From: Mobula hypostoma
Lineage: Eukaryota
Reading direction: 5' to 3'
Assembly (NCBI RefSeq): GCF_963921235.1
Contig: NC_086108.1
Location: forward strand, 15,190,001-15,254,000
DNA: 64,000 nucleotides
This document shows positions 37,070-51,000 of the stretch, in pieces. The notes beneath the pieces were generated by a model. That model was not told the origin of the DNA. It saw only the letters and a list, made by a program, of their open reading frames with translations, and searched no databases. Position numbers and translations under genes: made by a program. Position 1 is the stretch's first letter; each line of letters starts with the position of its first letter.

Positions 37070-39100
37070 TAACACACACAAACTCAGGAAGGAACTCAGC
37101 AGGTCAAGCAGTATCTATGGAAATGAATAAACAGTCAATGTTTCGGGCCAACACCCTTCTTCAGAACTGGAAAGGAGGAGGAAAGATACCAGAATAAAAG
37201 GGTGGGTGGAGGAGAAGGACAACAAGCTAGGAGGCGATAGGTGAAGCCGGGTGTGTGGAGGAGCGGTGATGAAGTAAGAAGCTGGGAAATGATGAGTAGA
37301 AAAGGCAAAGGGCTGGAGAATAAGGAATTTGACATGAGAGGGGAGAAATTGAAGGGGGAGGAGCACGAGAGAGGGGAAGGTGATAGGTAGGTGAAGAGAA
37401 GAGATAAGAGGCCAGAGTGGAGATGGAGAGGGAAGGGGAAGGGAAAATAAATAATTACTGGAAGCAAAAATCGATGTTCAGGTTAGAGGCTACCTAGATG
37501 GAATATGAGGTGTTGCTTTGCCACCCTGGAGGTGGCCTCGTCGTGACAGAAGTGAAGGCCATGGCCTAACATGTCTGAATGGAAATTGAAATAGGAATTT
37601 AAATGGTTGGCCACCAGGAAATTCTGCTTTTTGCAAATGGAACAGATATCCTTGATAAAGCGTTCCCGCTGTTTATGTCAGGTCTCACCAGTGTAGAGAA
37701 GGCCACGTCAGGAGCACTGGATACAGTAGATGACTCCAAAAGATTCGCAGGTTAAGTGTTACCTCACCTGGTAGCACTGTTTGGGGCCAGCTAAGAGGTA
37801 GGCATAGCTAGGGCCCATGCAAGTGTCCATGGCTACCCCACAAGCCTGGAGAAAGTGGGAAGAGCTGAAGGAGAAATTGTCAAGTGTGAAGATGGAGCAG
37901 GATGGTGGTGGAGGGGAACTGGTGTGGTCTGTTGTCAATAAAGAAGCAGAGGGCTTTAAGGCCTTCTGGGTGGGGGAACTGGGACTTGCATCCATGGTGA
38001 AAATGAGGCCAGGGAATTGAAAGTTGTTGAGGAGATTGAGAGCGTGTGAAGTGTAGCAATGTAGGTGGGAAAGGAGTGAACCAAGGGGGATAGAATGGAG
38101 TCAAGGTATGTGGACACAAGTTCAGTGGGGCAGAAGCAGGCAGAGACAATGGGCCTGCCCAAACAGTTAGATTTGTGGATCTTGGGTAGGTGGAATAGTG
38201 TGGGACAGGGGAATTATGAGGTTGGTAGCAGTGGATGGGAGATCTCCAGATTTGATGATGTTGGTGATGGTTCAGGAGACAGTGGTCTGATGGTCCTAAG
38301 TGGGGTCCTTTTCAATGGGTAAGAGGAGGTGTTTAAGAGTTACTTTCTGGCTTTAGCAAAGTAGACGTGAGTTCACTGCAGTACAACAGCACCCCCTTTG
38401 TCTGCGGGTTTGATGTTGAAGTCAGGATTGGTGTGCAGAGAGTGCCAGACAGTGCATTCAGAGGGGTTAAGATTCAGGGAGGAGAGAGGAGTGCTGAAGT
38501 TGAGACAGTTGATGTCTCCTTAACAATTTAAGATGTAGGGCAAACAGAGAACCAGATCGAGGTGTCCAAGAAAAGGAGGAGGGTTGGAGACAGGTGAAGG
38601 TCTCATTGATGTGGGGTGGGGAATCCTTGCCAATGAGGGTATGGAAATGGAGGTGACAGAAGAAGAGTTCAGTGTCATGGTGGGCACAGAACTCACAGAG
38701 GTGTGGGAAAAGGGGGACAAAAGGAAGGCTCTTGCTAAGGACTGAACATTTTGCCTCAGAGAGGGGAAGGTGGAAAGAATGGTAAACATGGCATGGATTA
38801 GAGCTAGGATCGGGGGGGGGAAGAGTTGATGGTATCAGAGATGGGGGAAGAATTGGGGTGTTCAGGGAAGGTAGGGTGGGAGGAAGATGGAGTCTCTGAG
38901 GACCCAAGAGGTGATGATGGAGCCTGAGCGACCCAGGGTTGGAGAGTGGTGGTAGAGGAAATGGAGACCAGGGGCCCAGTGGCAGTGAAGAAGGTCTTGG
39001 CCAGAAGGTAGAGGTTCTGAGGTTGGGGCTGGAGTCACAGCTAGAGGCTGTGTAATTCACGGTCTTGAGGCATCTGGAGTTGGAGACAACAGGATCCAAT
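37070..39100 (-). mobile_element. Penelope-like element, decayed (RT and GIY-YIG remnants, terminal hammerhead motif)
   Basis: FLQACGVAMDTCMGPSYAYL (PLE RT), GRPIVSAC..PTELVSTYLDSILSPLV, and a pseudo-LTR end at ~37070-37170. Confidence 0.8.
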
Positions 39101-41555
39101 GGAGTGATTTGAGTTTTTGTTCAAGAACAGAATGGTTGAAGGGAAGTAACTGTTCTGGAAACTAGTAGACTTTAGGCTTCTGTACCTTCTGCCCAATGAT
39201 AGCTCTGAGAAGAAGGTGTGGTCTGGATGGTGGAACCTTTGATGATTTGAAGTTGCCTTCTTAAGGCAGTGCCTCCTGTAGATATTGCCAGTGATGGGGA
39301 GGGATGTGCCAGTGATATATTAGTCAGAGTCTACAACATACCCGGACATACTAGGGAACTAGGGCAGCTCAGTAAAAGCGATGGTTTGGATCAGTGTGCT
39401 CTCTTAAGGAGCCCACTCCCTGTACAATGGCCCACTGAACGCCAGTAGCACTGAGTGATTCCATGAGTACTTGCAAATCCAGAAATGCTGCAATACTGGA
39501 AATCTGAATCAAAAACAAAAACAACCACTCAGTGGGTCAGGTAGCCATCTGTGAAAAGAGGAACGGAGTTAGTGCTTCAAGCTGAAGACCCTTTCTCAGG
39601 ACTGTGAAACCTGTCTTAAAGTTCATTTTAAGCTGCAGAGGTGCTTAGGGAATAGATAGGGCAAATATAAAATCTCGAGGGCGGATGTACAGTCTTTTTC
39701 TCAGGGATGTGGAATTAAAAACCCAAGGGCATAGGCTGAATTGAGAGAGGAGAGATTTAACAGGAACCTGAGGGGTAACTTTTACCCAGAGGATGATATG
39801 TATATGGAATGAACAGTTGACACAGGTACATTAACAATATTTAAAGGGTACTTGGACAGATACATGGCAAGGAAAGGTTTAGAGCTTGGTTAATGTTAGG
39901 GGTCCATGGCATAAAGAAAGTTGGGAAGCCCTGTTTAGAGGGAAATGGGCCAAGTGCCTATTTCTGTTCTACTTGGTAAGAGGGTTAAGGGTTATGGAGA
40001 GAAGATAGGAGAACGGGGTTGAAAAAAATTCAGCCACAGTTGAATGGTAGGGCAGACTCAGTAAACAAATGGACTAATTTTACTCCTAAATTTTATCATC
40101 TTATGCATTCTACAACAAAGGGTGCATCTGTGATGGGCTGAGGCCATATTGCCATGGGGATAAATGGTGGTTACGGTTGGTAGTTGAGTTATCAAATGTT
40201 ATTAAATGTGGTATTGTGGGATATGACCAGCAGGTCAGGTTGTATTAACAGAAAAACAACATGACAGATGGATGACAGGGAGAAGATCCTTCCGAATATT
40301 TGATTCCAGATAGTGGTGGAGGTTCGATCTTTACAGAAGAAGTGAACAATTTGGGAATTCAGCAGTCGAGAGACACCTAGATGTAAAAAGATGGTGTCTT
40401 GGAGGAACTCAATGCATCAGGCAGCACCTTTGGAAGGAAATGGACTGTCAACATTTCAGGTTTTGACCATTCACCTAGACTAAAAGAGTAGAGAGGAGGC
40501 AGCCAGAGTAGAGAGGTGATGGGAAGCAGTGGGGCAGGAACTGTCCTTTGTTCTCCACAGATGCTGCTTGACCCACTGAGTTTCTTGAGCATTCTGTGTA
40601 ATGTTCCAGAGTCCATCACCTGCAGTTATTTTGAGTGTCTGGGATTTACACAGACTTCTGCATGAGTCATTAAATATCAGCAGGCAGGTGTAGCAGATAG
40701 AAAGGTAATTGACACTTTGTTCTTTCTTTTCTTTTTCAATCTTTATTAAAAGATGGTTTGAGCTTAGAAATAGGAAGGTTGTGTTACAGTTGTACTGGGG
40801 TGTTGGTGAGGCCACACATGGAGTACTGTACACAGTTTTGTTCCCTTTACCTAAGAAAGGATACGGTACATAGTGCAAAGGAGATATACCGGGATAACTC
40901 TTGAGATGAAAGGGTGGTCCGATCAAGAAGGGGCTAAAGAGATTGTGTTTGATTTCTCCAACTTCCAGTAATTTTCTTCTTCTCCTCCTGCCCTCTTCTT
41001 TACTTGCTCCACTCTGGCCTCTTACCTCTTCTCCTCAGCTGCCCATCACCTCCTCCTGGTGGTGCTCCTCCTTCCCTTTCTCCCATGATCCACTTTCCTC
41101 TCCTCCCAGCCTCTTACTCCAACTCTCTCCCCCACCCACCTGGCTTCACCTATCATTTTCTAGCTTGTTCTCCCTCCCCCCCCCACCTTCTTACTCTGCC
41201 TTCTTTTCCAATCCTGATAAAGGGTTTCGGCCCAAACGACAACTCTTTATTCATTTCCAGAGATGCTGCTTGACCTATTGAGTTCTGCCAACATTTTATG
41301 TATGTTGCTCTGGACCTCCAACATATGCAGGATCCAAGTCATGAAAGACCGCTTTAAGGAGCTGGAGCTGAATGAACTTAGGATCATCCGGGAGGCAGAG
41401 CATTTGATAGATATGGCTTTTGAGCAGGTGGTTATACCCAGAGTGCAGAATTCAGGGAGTAGTTGGGTGAACATTGAGAGAGGTAAAGGGAGAAAGAAGA
41501 CAGTGCAGGGTTTCCCTGTGGCCATTGCCCTTGGGATAATTTTCCTCAGCCTTTC

Positions 41556-44500
41556 CAGCATTTGTATCTGTATTCTGTCCATCTGAATATTGACCCTGCC
41601 TGTTTCCCGATTCTGTTTTTTTGGATTTCTTTGAATGTTTTGATCTCTGCCTGAACTTTGACACTGACTTTGTTTGCACCACTGGATTTGTTACTCAATT
41701 AAAATCACTGTGTGCACAGTACTGGGTCTGCGATTGGATCCTTGCTCCAGCACCCTGACAGTACAATCTGGGCAGAATGGATCCAGCAGACCCTGGCCAC
41801 CTGACAGCTGTCCTGGAACAACAGGGAGTGATGCTGGCGAGACACCAGAACCAGCTGGACTCCGTGTTCAGGGCAGTGGAGTCGCTTTCTGCCAATGTAG
41901 CCGATTTTGTGGCCCAGACTCAGTCACTCCAGCTGTCCCAGAGTGCCCATCAACATTCTGCGACTGCATCTTCCACCCCGCCCTCCGCGTCCTCACATGC
42001 TCCTCCTGTCCAACAGCCCCAGCTGCCTCCTCCAGAATAGTACTCAGGTGAGCCCGGTACCTGCCGCTCCTTTCTTTCCCAGGGCACCTTCATTTTTTGA
42101 ACTGCAACCAACAATATTTCCAACTGATTGAGCCAAGGCAGCCTACGCCATCACCCAACTGCCCAGTCAAGCGAGAGAATGCGGAACAGCTGTTTGGGAG
42201 GCAGGCTCTCCTTTCTGGAGTAGTTTTCAGTTATTTTCTGAAGAGATGAGAAAAATGCTTGATTGCTCCAAACATGGGAGAGAGGCAGCCCGTGAAATGC
42301 TGCACATGCACCAGGGGCACAGATTCTGTGTCAGATTATGCAATAGAGCGGCTGGAACTCGGAGGCCCAGTAAGACACCTTCCTAAATGGTCTCTTGAAA
42401 ACATCAAAGATGAGCTGGTCACCCAGGACCTTCCTGCCACCTTTGAAGCCCTGGTGGATTTGGCGCTCCATATTGATGTTCGCCTTCAGCAGCACTGCAG
42501 ACGGAGGGGTTCCAGAGGGTCCCTGGGGGCACTGGGTGAGTTCCAAGCTCCTTGTCAGTCTACCTTGTCCTGCCATTTGCCCTCATCTACAATTCCTTCT
42601 CCAGAGCCCAAGGCTATGCATGTTGACCATACCCGCCTGATGCTGACTGAAAGACAAAGGAGAATTAGCACCCGTTCCTGTCTGTACTGTGGCCAACCAG
42701 GCCATTTCATCTTCACCTGCCCAGTAAAAACCAAATGCTCATCAGTAGGACGAGGAGTACTGGTGAGCGTGCCCCTGCCTGGCCCTCCTCGACGCCACTC
42801 ACTCTTGTACGTGCTTCTCTGGAGCGGGGCGTCCAATGCTGAGCAGTCTCTGCCTTGATCGATTCTGGTGTGGAGGGGTGTTTTATTGATTCCGGCTTGG
42901 CTGCCCAGTGTGGATTACCCACGTCTGCTCTCCGGTCACCATTAATGGCCAACGCCTTGAACGGTCAGAGACTAGCTAACATCACCCATGTAAGTCTCAG
43001 TTTATCCGGCAACCATCATGAAGTTAACCCTTTACGTTATTGACTCTCCTCAAGCTCCCATTGTCCTGGGCCATCCCTGGTTACTCAGACACAACCCACA
43101 CATTGACTGGCTCAGTCATAAGACTGTAGGCTGGAGCCCATTCTGTCACTCCCACTGCCTTCGCCACGCCCAGATCCTGCCCCCTTCCGAGGAATTTCCG
43201 GACCTTAGTGCCATCCCTCATGAATACATGGACCTCAAGGCTGTGTTCAGCAAGTCCCGGGCCACTTCCCTGCTGCCTCATTGTCCATATGATTGCGCCA
43301 TTGACCTCTTGCCTGGCACATCTCCCCCTGTATTCCCTGTCCATACCTGAAAGAGAAGCCATGAATATGTACATTCAAGAGTCTCTGGCTGCAGGAATCA
43401 TCCGGCCATCTTCCTCCCCTGCTGGCGCCAGTTTTTTCTTTGTTGAAAAGAAGGGCAGCTCCTTGTGTCCATGCATTAATTACCGGGGAGTGAATGAAGT
43501 CACTGTTAAGAACTGTCACCCTCTTCTGCTCATGACCTCGGCATTTGAACTACTACAAGGAGCCTCAGTTTTCACCAGGCTTGATCTCCATAATGCCTAC
43601 CATCTTGTCCGCATCTGCAAAGGAGATGAGTGGAAGACTGCCTTCGACACCACTTCAGGTCATTACGAGTACCTGGTCATGCCATTTGGTCTCACCAATG
43701 CCCCCGCCGTCTTCCAAGCCCTGGTAAATGACATTCTCAGGGCCATGCTAAACCAATTTTTTTTTGTGTATCTCAATGACATCTTGATTTTTTTTCTAAG
43801 TCCCTTGCTGAACACACAGGTCACATCCACAGAGTTCTCCAGCACCTTCTGGAGAACCATCTCTTTATGAAGGCTGAGAAATGTGAGTTTCATCACAGTA
43901 CAGTCTCCTTCCTGGGGTATGTAATTTCAGGCAGTTCCATTCAGATAGACCAACAGAAGGTCAATGGCCCCAATCCTCAACTCGCCAGGAGTTGAAACAT
44001 TTCTTGGGCTTCGCTAACTTCTGTCACCGCTTCATCAGAAATTTCAATACACTGGCTGTACCACTCACTGCTCTTACCTCATCAGCTGTCAGATTCTCCC
44101 GGTTCCCTGCTGCTGAAAAAGCATTCTCTGACCTGAAGAAACGTTTCACCTCTGCCCCCATCCTGATTCAACCCGACACCGACTAGCAGTCCATTGTGGA
44201 GGTGGATGCGTCTGACATTGGTGTAGGAGCTGTTCTCTCTCAGCGCTCGGCCAAGGATGAGAAGGTACAGCCCTGTGCCTTCTCTCACCACCTCACTCCC
44301 ACAGACGGAATTACGATGTCGGAAACTGGGAGCTGCTGGCTGTGAAGCTAGCTCTGGAGGAGTGGAGGCATTGGCTGGAGGGAGCAAAGGTGCCATTCTT
44401 AATCTGGACTGATCACAAGAATCTGGAATATATCCGTACGGCCAAACATCTCAACTCCTGTCAAGCTCATTGGTCCCTGTTTTTCTCAAGATTCAATTTT

Positions 44501-46384
44501 ACTCTGTCCTTCCGCCCCAGTTCCAAGAATGGAAAACCAGATGCCCTCTCCCGAAGATTTCCTTCCTCTGAGACCCCTGAGGTACCCGATGTTGTCATCC
44601 TCCCTGCTCACTGTCTTGTGGGTGCAGTGCAATGGAACATTGAAGCCATGGTGCAAGCCAGGAGGCCCCTAGTCAATACCCCACTAACTGTGTTTATGTT
44701 CCCAGCTCTGTCCGCTCACTGGTATTGCAGTGGGGTCATTCTTCCCAGTTATTCTGTCACCCTAGAACCAAGCATACTCAGGCCGTCATCAGTCAGCGGT
44801 TCTGGTGGCCCTCCATGGGAGATAACATCCACAACTTTGTCTCATCCTGCTCGGTCTATGCTCAAGGCAAGAAATCTAACCGGTCACCTGCTGGTCTGTT
44901 ACAACCCCTGTCTATCCCCAAGAGACCCTGAATTTTGTCACCGGTCTTTCCCCCATCAGATGGTAATACCACCATTCTCACAGTAGTTGATCATTTCTCC
45001 AAGTCTGTACACTTCATTCCTTTACCTAAACTCCCTTCGCCAAAGAAACAGCCAAATTACTAGTACTGCATGTTTTTGAATTACATGGTTTACCTGTAGG
45101 TGTTGTGCTAGACAGGGGCCCTCAATTCACATCCAACTTCTGGAGGGCATTCTGTAATCTTCTGGGTGCCTCTGTGAGTCTGTCTTCAGGATTCCACCCA
45201 CAGACCGAGTGAGCTACACAACAGCTAGAGACCGTATTGTGGTGTCTGGTCTCCCAGAACCCCTCTGCGTGGAGTCAGCTGCTACCCTGGCCCGAGTATG
45301 CCATAAACTCTCATCCGTCAGTCTGTCCCCCTTTGAGTGCTGCCTTGGCTACCAGCCTCCACTGTTTCCTGCCCGGGAGGAGGAGGTTGGCGTTCCATCT
45401 GCCGAGGCATTCATCCGCCATTGTCATCGGATGTGGAGGCGCACTCGCTCTGCCCTTCTCCGTGCCTCTGCTAGGATCAAGCATCAAGCTGACCACCATC
45501 ACTCCAAGGCCCCACATTACCACCAGGGACAGCGTGTGTGGCTTTCAACCCGAGACCTGCCCCTCAAGATGGATTCCTGCAAGCTCGCCCCTCACTTCAT
45601 CTGCCCCTTTCCCATTGCTGAAGTCATCAGCCCTGCTGCCATCCATCTCAAGCTCCCCTGCACTCTCCACTGCATTCATCCCACCTTCCATGTGTCCCGC
45701 ATCAAGCCTTTCATGAGCTACCCCCTGTGTCCTGTCCCCAAACCCACCCAAGGCTCATCGATGGGTCAGTGGCCTTCATTGCTGGACGTTCGTCGCCGTG
45801 GCCTCCAGTACCTTGTGGTCTGGGAGGGCTACAGTCCTGAGGAGAGGTGCTGGGTCCCCGTCCGTAACATCCTGGACCCCTCTCTCCTCAGGGACTTTTA
45901 TCGCCAGCACCCAGCTCTACCTGCTGTGACGCCAGGAGCTGTCCGTACGGTGGGTGGGGTGGGGGCTACTGACAGTACCTCCAGTTGAACTCTGTCTTTT
46001 TGTATGTTTTCCCTGTGGTTTTGTATTGCCACATGCTGCTGCTCTACTCCGGCCCCTGTATTACTGAATACCCTGCCTCTCATTATTACCTGTATTGCTG
46101 CCATCTGTGTCTCATTGTGCTCCACCTACATCTGCCTCCCTGTTTGGCACTCAGTGTAGTTCAGTCCTGTTTTCAGCTCTTTGTTGCCAGATAGTGCCAG
46201 TGAATTTCTTTGAGCCTGTCTGTCATTTGTATCTGAACTCTGGCTGTTTCCTGATTTTGGTTTTTGGATTTCTCTGGATATTTTGATCTCTGCCTGAACT
46301 TTGATGACCCCTTGGGACTTATTACTCAATTGAAATCACTGTGTGCATAGTACTGGGTCTGCGATTGGACAGGTTGTCCTGACA
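41556..46384 (+). mobile_element. Gypsy/Metaviridae chromovirus (sushi/Tf1 group) LTR retrotransposon, decayed
   Basis: Truncated 5' LTR ~41556-41760 ending TGACA; gag ATG at 41777; CCHC knuckle CLYCGQPGHFIFTC; protease IDSG; RT ([28 protein letters not shown]); RNase H; integrase; chromodomain ([18 protein letters not shown]); G-rich PPT at ~45949-45965; 3' LTR 45970-46384. Many frameshifts and stops. Confidence 0.95.
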
Positions 46385-46789
46385 GGTTGGCTTTGAGACT
46401 CAGAAGGGTAGGGTTAAATGAGGTGGAGTAATAGTTATTGGGGACTTGATAGGTGGACAGATAAAAGATTCTGTGGCAGCAAAAGAGATGCCAGGATAGT
46501 GTGTTGCCTCCCCAGTACAAGGTCTGAGTGGTTGCAAATATTCTTGAAGGGGATGGTGAGCAGCCAGAGGTTGTAGTACATGTTGGTACCACTGACATAG
46601 GTAGGAGAGGGGTAGAGGTCCTGTGCAATAAGTTTAGGGAGTTGGGAAGTTGGTTGAAGAGCAGGACCTGCAAGGTGATAATCTCCTGGTTACTCTCAGT
46701 GCCATGAGCTGGGGAAGGTAGTGCAGATAAATGAATGGCTGAGGAGATGAGGCAGGGTTTCAAGTTTTTGGATCATTAGAACCTTTCTG

Positions 46790-47112
46790 TCTGTCTGTAT
46801 CTTGTTTTATGGCAGTTGGCATCCAGCTTAGTGGTGCATTACCGCCACCCTCTGCTCCAGAATGTGCACTATACATTCTAAATCCCTTCACCCAATCACT
46901 CACACACACACACACACACACACATCTACACTTGTGCTCTCTCACCCATGCCCAGCAACCCTTTTAATGTGAATTCCTGCATCCCCAACTCCCTTAATTT
47001 ATTTCTCATCATCTCTCTCTGTATCCCATACTTCCTGCAACACAAAACTACATGTTCTACTGACTCCTCTTCCTGACATTCCTCACACAATCCTGTCTGG
47101 TGTTTCCCTATC
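46790..47112 (-). mobile_element. I/Nimb-clade LINE 3' fragment
   Basis: C-terminal zinc knuckle CEECQEEESVEHVVLCC and an (AGAC)n tail; ~18-bp TSD ATCATTAGAAC(C/T)TTTCTG at 46772-46789 and 47113-47131. Confidence 0.75.
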
Positions 47113-50059
47113 ATCATTAGAACTTTTTCTGGGAAAGGAGTGACTTATACAAATGGGATGGGTTGCACCTGAACTGGATGGGAACCAATATCCTGTGAGG
47201 GAGGTTTGATGATGCTACTGGAGAGAGTTTAAACTAGATTTGAAGGGGGGTGGGAACTGAAGTCAAGAGGATGGTGTGGTTGGTGCACATAATAGGGACA
47301 GCTTGTAGGGAGTTTGTAAGAAAGGATAGGCAGATGATAGAGCAAAGATGCACTGGCCAGATGGTTTGAGATGTGTCTATTTAATGCCAGGAGTATCATA
47401 AACAAGGTGGATAAACTTAAGAGTGTGGATCAATATGTGGAACTGTGATGTGTGGCCATTATGGATACTTGGATGTCTCAGGGGCAAGAATGGCTGCTGA
47501 ATGTGCCAGGCTTTAGATGTTTCAAAAGGGACAGGGAGGGTGGCAAAAGAGATGGGGTAATTGCATTGCTAATCAGGGATAGTATCATGGCTGTAGAAAA
47601 GTCATGGAGGGATTATTTACTGAGTCATTGTGGGTGGAAGTCAGAAACAGGAAAGAGGCAATAACTCTACTGGGTGTTTTTTTTAATATAGGCCCCCCCC
47701 CCCCCATTAGTAACAGAGACATCGAGGAGCAGATACGGAGGCAGATTCTGGAAAGGGTTGTTGTGTGCTGGGTGATTTTTTTAAACTTTCCTAATATTGG
47801 CTGGTATCTCCTTAGAGCAAGGGGTTTAGATGGGGTAGAATTTGTTAGGTGTGCTCAGGAAGGTTTCCTAATGCAACATGTAGATAAGCCTACAAGAGGA
47901 GAGCCTGATCTAGTAATGGGAAATGAACCTGGTCAGGTGTCAGATCTGTCAGTGGGATAGCATTTCGGAGGGAGTGATCACAACTCTATCTCCTTTACCA
48001 TAGTGCTAGAGAGCAGACAATTTGGGGAAAACATTTAATTGGGATGGGGGAAATACGATGCTATTAGGCAGGAACTTGGGAACAGATTTTCTCAGGGAAA
48101 TCCATAGTAGAAATGTGGCAAATGTTCAGGGAACATTTGCATGGCATTCTGTACAGTATGTTCCATTGAGGCAGGGAAAGGATGGTAGGGTAAAAGAATC
48201 ATGGTCTACAAAGGATGTAGAAAATCTTTTCAAGAAGAAAAGCTTGCAAAAGGTTTGAGAAACTAGGTACTGTTTAGAGTGCTAGAAAATTACAAGGTTG
48301 CCAGGAAGGAGCTGAAGAATGAAATTGAAAGCTAGAAGGGACCATGATAAGTCCTTAGCGAGCAGGATTAAGGAAAATCCCCAAGACATTCTACAAGTAT
48401 GCGAAGAGCAAGAGGATGAGCCCTATGAGAATAGAACCAATCAGGTGCAATAGTGGAAATGTGTGCATGGAGTTGGAGGAGGTAGCGGAGATACTTAATG
48501 AATACTTTGCTTCAGTATTCACCAGGGGAAAAGACCTCAGCAATTGTGGGGATGACTTGCAGCGGACTGAAACACTTGAGTGTATAGACACATAGAAAGA
48601 GGATGTGCTGGAGCTGTTGAAAGGTATTAAGTTAGAAAAGTTGCCGGGACTGGAGGAGATGTACCCCAGGCTACTGTGGGAAGTGAGGGAGGGAATTGCC
48701 GAGCCTCTGGTGATTATTTTTGCATCATCAATAGGAATGGGAGAAGTACCAGAGGATTGGAAGGTTGTGAATGTTGTTCCCTTGTTCAAGAATGGGAGTA
48801 GAGATAACCCAGGAAATTGTTTTACAATTTCAAGTGAGTCTTACTTCAGTGGTGGGCAAGTTATTGAAGAAGATCCTGAGATGCAGGATTTGTGAGCATT
48901 TGGAGAGACGTAATCTGATTAGGAATAGTCAGCATAGCTTTGACAAGGGCAGACCATGCCTTATGAACCTGATTGAACTCTGAGGAGGTAACAAAACACA
49001 TTGAAGGTAGAGTAGTGGATGTAGTGTTTATAGATGTCAGAAAGGCATTTAATAAGGTTCCCCATGCAAGGCTCATTTAGAAAGTGAGGAGGCATGGGAT
49101 CCAGGAGACCTTGCTTTGTGGATCCAGAATTGTCAGAGGTAAGGTTTTTACAGAGTGGTAGGTGTGTGGAATGCACTGCCAGTGGCAGTGGTAGAGGAAT
49201 AGGGTCCTTTTAGACTCGTAGATAGGTACATGGAGCTTAGAAAAATAGAGGGTTATGTGGTAGAGTAATTCTAGGCAGTTTCGAGAGTAGGTTACATGAT
49301 CTGAACAACATTGTGGGCTGAAGGGCCTGTAATGTGCTGTAGATTTCAATGATTTTGCACGTTGCTCCACATTCCATTGTTTGCATTCTCTTGTATCTCC
49401 ATCTTGTATTCCCTGAGTTTAGAAGAATGAATGCTGATCTTTAAGACACATTTCAAAAACATTAGATAATGAGGCTTAAAAAGGCAGAAGTGAGATGTTT
49501 TCACCAGTGGGTATCCAATAAGGGAACACAGACTCAAGAACGGGACTGACCCTTTAAAACCAGGTGTGCAGAAGGCAGTGAACCTGTACCTCACAGAATC
49601 TCCAGAGGGACACAGTCTTAGGAAAAGGACTTGTATATAAGTTCCCCCCCCAACAGAGAAACGTGGAAGGTAGATTGCAAAAGCTACTAGGGTCAGATCT
49701 AATATGGATGGATACAGTCTGTTTCCCAGTGTAGGGGAGTCTAAATCTAGCGGGTACATGTTTATGGCACAAGTTTAAAATATACCTGAGGGGTGGATTT
49801 TTCATACAGAGTATATATGGAATGAGCTGCTAGGGGCATTGGTAAAGGCTGGTACAATTAAATGTTTAAAAGATATTTGGACAGGCACATGGATAGGAAA
49901 TAATGAGAGGAATAAGGGTTAATTGCAGGCAAACGGGGCTGCCTTGGGTAGGCTCCTCAGTTGGCATGGATGTGTGGGGCCAAAATCGTTCCCATTTGTC
50001 TGCATTTGGTACATCTAATTTTTTCCTTTCCATGTACCCAAGTGCCTTTTAAAAGTTGT

Positions 50060-51000
50060 TAGAAACATTGAAAACTTACAGCATAATATAGGCCCTTCGG
50101 CCCTCAAAGTTATGCCGAACATGTCCCTACCTTAGAAATTACTAGGCTTACCTATGGCCCTCTATTTTTCTAAGCTTCACGTACCTATCCAAAAGTCTCT
50201 TAAAAGACCTTATCGTATCCGCCTCCACCACTGTTGCTGGCAGCCCATTCCACGCACTCACAACTCTCTGCATTAAAAAACTTACCTGACATCTCTGTAT
50301 CTACTCCCCAGCACCTTAAACCGGTGTCCTCTTGTGGCAACCATTTCAGCCCTGGGAAAAAGCCTCTGACTATCCACACAATCAATGTCTCTCAGCATCT
50401 TATACACTTCTATAAGGTCACCTCTCATCCTCCTCCACTCCAAGGAGAAAAGGCCGAGTTCACTCAACCTGTTTTCATAAGGCATACTCTCCAATCCAGG
50501 TAACATCCTTGTAAATCTCCTCTGCACCCTTTCTATGGCTTCCACATCCTTCCTGTAGGGAGGCAACCAGAAATGAGCACAGTACTCCAAGTGGGGTCTG
50601 ACCAGGGTCCACATAGCTGCAACATTACCTCTCGGCTCCTAAATTCAATTCCACGATTGATGAAGGCCAATACACCGTACGCCTTCTTAACCACAGAGTC
50701 AACCTGCACAGCTGCTTTGAGCATCCTATGGACTCGGACCCCAAGATCCCTCTGATCCTCCACACTGCCAAGAGTCTTACCATCAATACTATATTCTGCC
50801 ATCACATTTGACCTCCCAAAGAGAACCACTTCACACTAATCTGGGTTGAACTCCATCTGCCACTTCTCAACCCAGTTTTGCATCCAATCAATGTCCTGCT
50901 GTAACCTCTGACAGCTCTCCACACTATCCACAACACCTCCAACCTTTGTGTCATCAGCAAACTTACTAACCCATCCCTCCACTTCCTCATCCAGGTCACT
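50060..51000 (-). mobile_element. CR1 LINE 3' fragment
   Basis: SKFADDTKVGG, LVRPHLEYC, ERVQRRFTRMLPGL. Confidence 0.9.

Larger units (their letters stand above)
41310..49130 (+). mobile_element. CR1 LINE (ORF1 esterase plus ORF2 endonuclease/RT remnants) hosting the Gypsy and I-clade insertions
   Basis: ORF1 pieces at 41310-41545 and from 46385 (gtgtgttgcctccc, gagcagccagaggttgtagtacatgttggtacc = EQPEVVVHVGT); ORF2 motifs ESLWVEVRN and PEDWKVVNVVPLFK. Confidence 0.75.

Noticed and set aside
41777..45988. Domesticated sushi-derived gene (PEG10/RTL1-like)
   Set aside because: Numerous frameshifts and stops, catalytic YLDD changed to YLND, and LTRs still present: a dead provirus.
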